Below, in pieces: positions 31,932 to 39,753 of a DNA stretch of 64,000 nt. The notes beneath the pieces are model-generated. The model was given only the letters and a program-made list of their open reading frames with translations, was not told the origin of the DNA and ran no database searches. The first letter of the stretch is position 1. Each line of letters opens with the position of its first letter. Both the position numbers and the translations under genes were made by a program. The stretch comes from Phycisphaerae bacterium (GTDB taxonomy: Bacteria > Planctomycetota > Phycisphaerae > UBA1845 > Fen-1342), in the NCBI GenBank assembly GCA_963675745.2, contig CAXXWX010000027.1, positions 1 to 64,000 on the forward strand, read 5' to 3'.

Positions 31932-32255
31932 ATGGAGATCGAAATGGATCCCCTGGGAATAACGTCAAGCGCCGCGACAGCAGCGGCCCTGGCCAATGGG
32001 CCTCCGACACAGGCGTCTGCCTCTTCTGCACGGTACTCCAGACACGTGGACGAGTCGTCGGACGCCGGTCCGCAGGTGTTTGTATCGCCGAGCGCGGCGA
32101 TTCTCCCGTTGGTTCTAGCAGCAACCGAGGACTTTCGGACAGTATCGGAACTCGGCCGCGGCGCTGAGGAAACCGCGACGGCGACCGCCGGCGACGTCGG
32201 GCATAAACAGACACCTGGCACAGACCCTGCACACGGTCTGGATTTGTACGCCTAG
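31932..32255 (+). CDS. Small low-complexity protein with a YjfB-like C-terminus
   Basis: GGGAG RBS; Ala/Ser-rich; ends HGLDLYA-stop. Confidence 0.55.
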   Translation: MEIEMDPLGITSSAATAAALANGPPTQASASSARYSRHVDESSDAGPQVFVSPSAAILPLVLAATEDFRTVSELGRGAEETATATAGDVGHKQTPGTDPAHGLDLYA

Positions 32256-32737
32256 CCTACCAACATCAACCTGCCTTCACCGAGCAGCGGGGGCACTTCG
32301 CACTGGCAGCTCCAAGCGCGCGCTTGGAACATCCAACCTGCGTGTTGAATTTACACGCCATGCTCGTTTGCCCTTAACTGACGCGTGACGCTCATGACGA
32401 CACCGAAGCGCACACGCTAAGGCCTCGACGGCGGGCGGGCGCGGCAACAAACACTGCGCGATAGGACAAACCCATGGTCTGTCTGGTTGCACCAGCAGTC
32501 CCGTTGAATCTTCCTAGGGTGTGTCACGGCGATCAACACACGCCGCCTCTTATCCAGTCCGTGCCATAGACCGATCCTAACTGTGTCCGTCCGACTTGTA
32601 CTTCGGCGGTCGAGCGGCGGATTGAGACAGAGTCTGGTGCCAGCCAGAGAAACTGCCCGTTTCGATCGGGACGCAGCAGTTGCGATCCCATCCAGATGTT
32701 TGGATGCGTGTAACGATGCCCCCGTGGAGAGCACCAC

Positions 32738-34006
32738 TTGATTGTGCTGCGCGGTATTACCTTCGCTTGTCGATGCCACCTGGCGGCCGCACTGGCTGTG
32801 CTGCTGGCGGCCCACTCACCGCGCGCGTTCGCCTCCAACGGTGTGGAGCTGACCGGCATCAGTTTCCAGGCACGCGCCCGTGGCGGCGCGGATGTGGCCG
32901 TCGGCGATTCAGCCCTCTCCCAGATAGACAACCCCGCCGCGTTGGCGCTGACGCCGCAAGGGCGCCCGCGTTTCGACTTCGCCGGGCAACTCGTATTCCC
33001 AGACGTGTCCTGGCACACACCGCTCGGGTCGTGCGAGTCCGAAATCCGGTTGATTCCCATCGCGGACACGGCGCTGGCCTTTCCGGTCAACGAGCGCCTG
33101 GCCTGGGGATTGGCTGTTCACGGCAAATCAGGTCTGGCCACCCGCTATCGGGCGCGACATCTGCTGATCCCGTTCCAGCGACGCCGTGTCGAGTCCGACT
33201 GCAAGAACCTCGGGCTCTACCTGAGCGGGGCTTACCGTCTCAACGACCGGCTCTCGATCGGTGGCGGCATCCGGGGCGAGCTGCTGACCACGGAGTTCAG
33301 CGCGGTGCTCGGGCCCATGGACGTAGAGTTTGGCCGCGGCTACGCATACGGATTGGGTTTTCAGTTGGGCGCTCACTATCAGGCCACAGACTCGCTGACT
33401 TTCGGCGTCGCTTACCGTTCACCCACCTGGGCCAACGACCTGCGTGGCGGACAGACGCGGGCCGCGCTGTTCGGCCTCCTGCCCGTTCCGCTGGGCGATG
33501 GCAACATCGACACCATTCGCCTGCCGCAGCGCGTGGCCGCCGGAACGGCGTGGGACGTGACCGACTGGTGCAAACTGGTGGGCGAAGTCCGCTGGTTGAA
33601 CTACTCCAACTCGATCTGGAACGACCTCACCGTCGCCACCGACGGCGTCGTCGACCTGCGCGTACCACTGCCATTGGGCTATCGCGACCAGTGGGTTTTT
33701 ATCGCCGGCGCCGAGTTCAAGCTCAACGAACGCTGGACGCTGGACGTGGGATACAACTACGGCCGCACGCCGGCCACGGCCAAGCATCTGTTTCCGATCG
33801 GCACGGTACTGGCGCAGCACCACGCCTCGGTCGGCTTGCGGTACGCGCGCGACAACTGGTGGATCGGCGCCGGGTACATTCTTGGTTTCCACGATTCGAT
33901 GAACGGTGGCGGGCGCAGCGTCATCCCTCTGGGTATCGATTATGGACCGAGCAGCATTGAGCAGACGCAACACAGCTTGATCTTTGGTTTTGGGTTTGGA
34001 TGGTGA
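32738..34006 (+). CDS. OmpP1/FadL/TodX-family outer-membrane channel for hydrophobic compounds
   Basis: Signal peptide, then SNGVELTG, ARGGADVAVGDSALSQIDNPAAL (hatch NPA motif); FGVAYRS; aromatic C-terminal strand FGFGFGW. Confidence 0.9.
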   Translation: MIVLRGITFACRCHLAAALAVLLAAHSPRAFASNGVELTGISFQARARGGADVAVGDSALSQIDNPAALALTPQGRPRFDFAGQLVFPDVSWHTPLGSCESEIRLIPIADTALAFPVNERLAWGLAVHGKSGLATRYRARHLLIPFQRRRVESDCKNLGLYLSGAYRLNDRLSIGGGIRGELLTTEFSAVLGPMDVEFGRGYAYGLGFQLGAHYQATDSLTFGVAYRSPTWANDLRGGQTRAALFGLLPVPLGDGNIDTIRLPQRVAAGTAWDVTDWCKLVGEVRWLNYSNSIWNDLTVATDGVVDLRVPLPLGYRDQWVFIAGAEFKLNERWTLDVGYNYGRTPATAKHLFPIGTVLAQHHASVGLRYARDNWWIGAGYILGFHDSMNGGGRSVIPLGIDYGPSSIEQTQHSLIFGFGFGW

Positions 34007-35193
34007 GCATGAGCGAGGCCCGCCAAGTGGAGCACCCGACAGATACGCTTCAATCCCGGATGACCACCGGCATCGACTGGTTCATACCCGCTCAGGTGCG
34101 CGGTGGCGTTCCGGACGCGCTTCGTCAGGCCCGCTTGGTGGTGGCGTTCACCTGGACACTGTTTGCCACGGCACTGATATACGCTTCGATTCACTACTTG
34201 ATGAACAGCCCGGTCTGCGCCGCCACGCTCATCGCGGGAGCCGGCATGGCGGTCCCAATTCTGTATGTCATGCATCGGACCGGATCATCCTTAATCGCGG
34301 GGAACATGATCGCCGCAGCCTTCTTCGGTGTGTTGACAATCATGGCGTCCCGCCTGGGGGGGCACGGCTCGATCGTGCTCCCATGGTACGTGGGCGTACC
34401 GGTCGTCGCCCTGAGTACCGCGGGCCGGCGCTCGGCTTTCTGCTGGTTGGCTGTCACCGCATTGTCGCTGGCCGCGTCTTACGCAATTGACTGCGCCGGC
34501 TACACATTCCCTTGCGATCTGACGCATGGCCACTATGAGCTGTTTGGTCTGCTGATGTGGCTCGGCCTGATATTGCTGATGCTCGTGCTCGCCCTTCTGT
34601 TTGAGGCGGCCAAGGTCCAGATGTTGCGCCAGGTGCGGGACAGCGAGCACAAGCTGGAGCTGGAGCGACGGCAATTGCTCTCCATGTTTGACAACATGGA
34701 CGAAGTCATTTACGTGGCCGACCCGCAGACATACGAGCTGCTCTACATGAACGGACCGGCCCGCAAGGCGTGGGGCGACCATGTCGGAGAGCCCTGCCAT
34801 CAGGTCTTGCAGAACCGCGATACGCCCTGCCCGTTCTGCACCAACGACCGCATCTTTGGTGCGGGAGCCGGGACGTATGTCTGGGAATTCCAGAACGCAA
34901 CCAACCAGCGCTATTACCGGCGCATAGACCGGGCCATCCACTGGTCAGACGGGCGCTTGGTCCGCTTCGAGCTTGCCGTGGATATCAGTGATCGCAAAGA
35001 GCGCGAGGCGCTGCTGAAGCAGGCCAAAGAGTCGGCAGAGGCGCACGCCGACCGCGCAGCGGCGGCCATGGCGGACATGGAGCGAATGAACGCAGTGATG
35101 ATGGGGCGTGAGGAGCGGGTCCTGGCGATGAAACAGGAGGTCAATGAGTTGCTGGACGAGTTGGGCCGGCCGAGCAGGTACGAGCACGTGTAG
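34000..35193 (+). CDS. Membrane sensor (about 6 TM plus one PAS) with no enzymatic output domain
   Basis: TM region with GGHGSIVLPWY..VP; PAS with PCHQVLQNRDTPCPFC; ends MMGREERVLAMKQEVNELLDELGRPSRY; overlaps the stop of the FadL-type gene. Confidence 0.85.
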   Translation: MVSMSEARQVEHPTDTLQSRMTTGIDWFIPAQVRGGVPDALRQARLVVAFTWTLFATALIYASIHYLMNSPVCAATLIAGAGMAVPILYVMHRTGSSLIAGNMIAAAFFGVLTIMASRLGGHGSIVLPWYVGVPVVALSTAGRRSAFCWLAVTALSLAASYAIDCAGYTFPCDLTHGHYELFGLLMWLGLILLMLVLALLFEAAKVQMLRQVRDSEHKLELERRQLLSMFDNMDEVIYVADPQTYELLYMNGPARKAWGDHVGEPCHQVLQNRDTPCPFCTNDRIFGAGAGTYVWEFQNATNQRYYRRIDRAIHWSDGRLVRFELAVDISDRKEREALLKQAKESAEAHADRAAAAMADMERMNAVMMGREERVLAMKQEVNELLDELGRPSRYEHV

Positions 35194-35326
35194 GACGCCA
35201 GCATGCAATTGAGAGATGAGCGGCCCGGCAGGGTGCGGCTTGCCGCACCAGGACTCAACACCGATCACGCAGCATCGATCGGACGCAACACAGCCTGACA
35301 TTCGTTCTTGGATTCGAGTTGTGAAC

Positions 35327-37807
35327 ATGAACAACACCTGCCAAGCAGAACACCGGACACACAGGCTTCGATCACGTTTGCGCGCCGGAGTCGATTGGTT
35401 CATACCTGACCATGTCCGCAATGGTGATCCAGACGTGCTCCGCCGGGCCCGGCTCGTGGTGACGTCTGCCTGGACACTCATCGCTCTGGCAACCGGCTAC
35501 GCTGCGATCGTCCTTTCGATGAACAGCCTGATGAACGCCGCCGCGCTCGGCGCAGCCATCGCCGTGGCACTCGCGAGTCTGTACGTCATCCGTCAGACCG
35601 GCTCGTGCCTTGCTGCGGGAAATCTGCTCGCCGTGGCCTTTTTTGGTGTGCTGACGTTCTTGGCGTGCCGCTTGGGTGGACACGGCGCTCTTACGCTTCC
35701 ATGGTACGCGGCGGTGCCTGTTGTAGCGCTGAGTACAGCGGGCCGGCGCTCCGCCTTTGCCTGGCTGATTGTCACTGTCTTGTCTCTGGCCGTATTCTAC
35801 ACGCTCAATTACATCGGCTACACTTTTCCGAATGATCTGGCTCCGTTTCACTATGAGTTGCTAGCGCTGCTTGCCGGGGTCGGCCTGGTCGTGCTGATGC
35901 TCGCTATCGCCCGTCTGTATGAGTTCTTCCAGGATGTGATGGCGAGGCGGCTACGCGAAAGCGAGGAGAAGGCTAGGGCATTCATCGCAACGTCACGCGA
36001 CTGGATTTGGGAAATAAACCTACAAGGCGCACACACATACAGCAATCCCGCAGTTGAGGCAATCCTGGGATATCGTCCCGACGAAGTGATCGGTGAGGCA
36101 AGCCTCGACCTCATGCATGAGGATGATAGGACAATAGTGGAGGGCATGCTGCCTAATTGGATTGCCGAACGTCGCGGGTGGAGCCACTTACAGATCAGGT
36201 GGAGACACAAGAATGGCGGCTATCGGTGTCTGGACAGCAACGCGGTTCCGATTGTCGGCACCAGCGGCGCAATGCTCGGGTTTAGGGGTGTGGATCGCGA
36301 CATCACGGACCTGCGCAGGGCGAATGATGAAATGCAGCGCGAGGTCTCAGAACGCCGACGGGCCGAGGAGTCGGCCGCCAAGCGCGCAGTCGAACTAGAG
36401 CGGCACACGCTCGAACTGGAGCGAAGCCGCCGGGTGGCTGTAGGCATGATGGAGGACGCTGAGCATTCGCGAAGGGCCGCGGAGGCGGCGCAGGAGCAAC
36501 TGCGCGAAAGTGAGGCGCGGCTCAACGAAATGAGCCGAACCGCTCGCGTCGGTGGCTGGGAGCACGACCTGATTACGCGTAAGGCGATCTGGACGCGCGG
36601 CACGTATGAGATCGTCGAAATTGAGCCGGGCGACCCCATTCCCGGACCTGACGAGCACCTGGATTACTACCTCCCTGAACACCGGCCCCTGGTAGCCGAG
36701 GCCCTGCGGGCACTCATCCAGGAAGACAAACCCCTGGATTACGAGGCTCCGATTCGAACGGCTACGGGTAGGGTCGCTTGGTGTCGAGTTATCGGCCGGG
36801 CGGTCCGTGAAGACGGAGAGTGTATCAAAGTACTCGGGACCATTCAGGACATCAACGAGCGCAAGCAAGCCGAGGAACAGCTCCGAATTCAGAGTGAAGC
36901 ACTTGCCGCGGCAGACAACGCCATCGTGATTACCGACCGCGACGGTTGCATAGCCTGGGTCAACCCGGCATTCACGAGCCTGACCGGTTACACCTTTGAC
37001 GAGGCCGTCGGCCAGAATCCGCGCGTGCTCAAGAGTGGCAAGCACGATGATGCGTTGTACCGAGACTTGTGGAGTACGGTGCTCTCGGGACAAGTGTGGC
37101 GCGCTGAGCTGATCAACCGACGTAAGGATGGCAGCCTGTACTACGAAGAAATGACTATCACACCGGTTACAGATGTGAGCGGGACAATCACGCACTTCGT
37201 CGCAATCAAGCAGGACGTCTCCGAACGCAAGCGGGCCGAGGAGCAGGCCACTCGATTCAGTCGAGTGCTCGAAAGCTCCCTCAACGAGATCTACATCTTC
37301 GATGTCGACACACTCCGCCTGATCGTCGTGAATCACGGCGCCCGAAAGAACCTGGGATACTCGATGGAGGAGCTGCTCTGCCTAACCGCTTTGGATCTGA
37401 AACCGGAGTTCACGGCCGAGTCGTTTGCGGAGCTGGTCCGGCCCTTGCGCACCGGCGCCCAGGAGCAGGTCCACTTCACTACGACTCACCGACGCAAGGA
37501 CGGATCGGTGTACCCCGTCGATGTCCACCTTCAGTTGATGAATGACGGCACCCCGATTTTCGTCTCCATCGTTCTCGACATCACCGAGCGCAAGCGGGCC
37601 GAGGCGCAGTTGCGTGCGGCCAAGGAAGCCGCCGAGTCGGCCAGTGAGTCGCTCAGGGAAACCGTGGCAGACCTTGAGAGATTCAATCAACTGGCCGTGG
37701 GTCGCGAACTGCGGATGATAGAGTTGAAACAGGAAGTCAACGAGTTGCTCGTCGCGCAGGGACAGGAACCCAAGTTCCAGATCGTCGAGGAGGAGGTAAC
37801 GGCATGA
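35327..37807 (+). CDS. Membrane sensor (about 6 TM plus four PAS) with no enzymatic output domain
   Basis: TM region paralogous to the previous gene; four PAS/PAC units; ends RFNQLAVGRELRMIELKQEVNELLVAQGQEPKF. Confidence 0.9.
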   Translation: MNNTCQAEHRTHRLRSRLRAGVDWFIPDHVRNGDPDVLRRARLVVTSAWTLIALATGYAAIVLSMNSLMNAAALGAAIAVALASLYVIRQTGSCLAAGNLLAVAFFGVLTFLACRLGGHGALTLPWYAAVPVVALSTAGRRSAFAWLIVTVLSLAVFYTLNYIGYTFPNDLAPFHYELLALLAGVGLVVLMLAIARLYEFFQDVMARRLRESEEKARAFIATSRDWIWEINLQGAHTYSNPAVEAILGYRPDEVIGEASLDLMHEDDRTIVEGMLPNWIAERRGWSHLQIRWRHKNGGYRCLDSNAVPIVGTSGAMLGFRGVDRDITDLRRANDEMQREVSERRRAEESAAKRAVELERHTLELERSRRVAVGMMEDAEHSRRAAEAAQEQLRESEARLNEMSRTARVGGWEHDLITRKAIWTRGTYEIVEIEPGDPIPGPDEHLDYYLPEHRPLVAEALRALIQEDKPLDYEAPIRTATGRVAWCRVIGRAVREDGECIKVLGTIQDINERKQAEEQLRIQSEALAAADNAIVITDRDGCIAWVNPAFTSLTGYTFDEAVGQNPRVLKSGKHDDALYRDLWSTVLSGQVWRAELINRRKDGSLYYEEMTITPVTDVSGTITHFVAIKQDVSERKRAEEQATRFSRVLESSLNEIYIFDVDTLRLIVVNHGARKNLGYSMEELLCLTALDLKPEFTAESFAELVRPLRTGAQEQVHFTTTHRRKDGSVYPVDVHLQLMNDGTPIFVSIVLDITERKRAEAQLRAAKEAAESASESLRETVADLERFNQLAVGRELRMIELKQEVNELLVAQGQEPKFQIVEEEVTA

Positions 37808-38346
37808 AAGGCGTCATCAACAAGGGAATCCAGGAGCTGGTGGAGAGCCAGTTTGGCAAAGATACCTGGGAGACGATCTGCCAGGAGGCGAACTGTGATG
37901 AACCCTTGTTTTCGCCGGGCCTCGAATATCCCGATCAGATGACCATTGATCTGGTCACAGCGGCGGCCAAGCACACCGACTTGTCGGCCGATGCGGTTAT
38001 GATCGAGTTTGGAAAGTACTGGATTCCCAACACCGGGAGGGAATCACACCCGGCACTGTATGCACTGGCCGGCCGCAACGCCCGTGACTTTCTCGCGCAC
38101 GCCGAGCGAATTCACACTCAAGTCACAAAGTCGATCAGTGGCGCGCACCCGCCCAAGCTCAGCGCCGAGGATTTGCCGGACGGAGGATTGGCCATTCATT
38201 ATGTTTCGGCGCGCGGACTCTGCCCGGTGGTCCACGGCCTGATTCTCGGAGTCGGAGTTCATTTCGGGCAGCCGCTGGACGTCACGGAAACCTGTTGTAC
38301 ACGTCGGGGCGATCCCGAGTGCGTCTTTGAAGTGAGGTTTCCGTAA
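37804..38346 (+). CDS. hnoX: H-NOX (heme nitric oxide/oxygen binding) protein
   Basis: MKG start, FG..TW, YPD, FGKYW, proximal His (RIHTQV), PP, YxSxR (YVSAR), GLI.G...HF; ATGA overlap with the upstream gene. Confidence 0.93.
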   Translation: MKGVINKGIQELVESQFGKDTWETICQEANCDEPLFSPGLEYPDQMTIDLVTAAAKHTDLSADAVMIEFGKYWIPNTGRESHPALYALAGRNARDFLAHAERIHTQVTKSISGAHPPKLSAEDLPDGGLAIHYVSARGLCPVVHGLILGVGVHFGQPLDVTETCCTRRGDPECVFEVRFP

Positions 38347-39753
38347 ATGACCGCGCTGACAGTCACAATCGAGGCATTTACGCAACTCGGCCCGTCCGTT
38401 ATCGCGGTGGACGACGACCAGGTTGTGCGCTGGGTGTCGGAGAGTCTGACCAAGCTCCTCGACACATCCATCGCCGGACAGGAGCTCGATAACTTCGTGG
38501 TTGCCGTGGACCGTCCGTTCGTGGCCCTGGGGCTACGCACGAAGAGCGGAAACACGCTTCCTCTGCGCGGAAGCTGGATGCCGGCGACGGAGAGTCACCT
38601 GCGCGTGTTCGTCGGAAGCCCGGTGCCGGAAACGACCGAAGAGATGCAGCGGCTGGGCATCACGATCGACGACCTGCCGGAAGACGACTCATGGCTCAAT
38701 TACCTGATCCTGGCCGACGAGTGCGCCGCAACGCAGAATAACGCGCGCAGTCGCATCGGTCAGTTGAAGCGGGAGCGGGCCGAACTGAACGAGGCGCGCG
38801 ACCAGATGCGCGACGCGCGACGCGCGGCGCTCAACATGTTGAGCGATGTTGACCACGCGCGACAACTGGCGGAAAAGGCCCACGCGGAACTCCGGGACGC
38901 ACAACAGCAGTTGGTCGAAGCCTCCCGCCTGGCGGGGATGTCCGAGGTGGCGACGGACGTGCTGCACAACGTCGGGAACGTGCTCAACAGTGTCAACGTG
39001 TCGGCCGGCCTGGTCAGTGAGAAGGTCCGTGGATCCAGAGTGCCGGGCCTGGCCAAGGCCACGTCCCTGATGTCCGAGCACATGCACGACCTGGACACTT
39101 TCATCACCCAGGACGAGCGCGGCCGCCAGTTACCCGGCTATTTGGCAAAACTCGCCGACCATCTCGCGGACGAGCAGTCGGAGGTGTTGGACGAACTCCG
39201 CTCCCTGACCGAGAACATCGAGCACATCAAGAACATCATCAGCATGCAGCAGTCATTGACCGGAACGGCGGGTGTCGTCGAGCCGGTGCGCGTCGGCCGA
39301 TTATTGGACGATCTGTTGAAGATGGATGCGGGGTCGTGCGACCGACACGGAGTGCGGGTTCTGTGCGAGTACGACGAACTTCCTGTAGTCAACGTCGATA
39401 AGCACAGGCTGACGCAGATCCTGGTGAACCTGCTGAAGAACGCCAAGGAAGCACTGAAAGAGGCCCAGCAGTCAGACAAGCGGATGACAGTGCGGCTGCG
39501 CGTACCCGCCGAAGATCGCCTCCAGATCGAAGTGGGCGACAACGCCGTGGGAATACCAGCGGAGAATCTGACGAAGATCTTCGCGCACGGCTTTACAACA
39601 AAGAAGGACGGGCACGGATTTGGTCTGCACGGCAGCGCGCTCGCGGCAAAGGAAATGGGCGGATCACTGACGGCTCAGAGTGACGGTCCAGGTCGGGGCG
39701 CGACCTTTGTTCTTGAATTGCCCGTGCAGGCGGCGGAGCGGAGCGATGTGTAA
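38347..39753 (+). CDS. H-NOX-associated histidine kinase with an HNOBA-like PAS domain
   Basis: LRGSWM...VFVGSP...EEMQRLGITIDDLPEDDSWLNYLIL matches the HNOBA pattern; coiled coil; ATDVLHNVGNVLNS H-box and HATPase. Confidence 0.88.
   Translation: MTALTVTIEAFTQLGPSVIAVDDDQVVRWVSESLTKLLDTSIAGQELDNFVVAVDRPFVALGLRTKSGNTLPLRGSWMPATESHLRVFVGSPVPETTEEMQRLGITIDDLPEDDSWLNYLILADECAATQNNARSRIGQLKRERAELNEARDQMRDARRAALNMLSDVDHARQLAEKAHAELRDAQQQLVEASRLAGMSEVATDVLHNVGNVLNSVNVSAGLVSEKVRGSRVPGLAKATSLMSEHMHDLDTFITQDERGRQLPGYLAKLADHLADEQSEVLDELRSLTENIEHIKNIISMQQSLTGTAGVVEPVRVGRLLDDLLKMDAGSCDRHGVRVLCEYDELPVVNVDKHRLTQILVNLLKNAKEALKEAQQSDKRMTVRLRVPAEDRLQIEVGDNAVGIPAENLTKIFAHGFTTKKDGHGFGLHGSALAAKEMGGSLTAQSDGPGRGATFVLELPVQAAERSDV

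Noticed and set aside
32650..32722. c-di-GMP-I riboswitch
   Set aside because: Only GGGACGCA matches. The GNRA loop, GCAAA and receptor elements are not evident, so it is kept only as a weak leader candidate.
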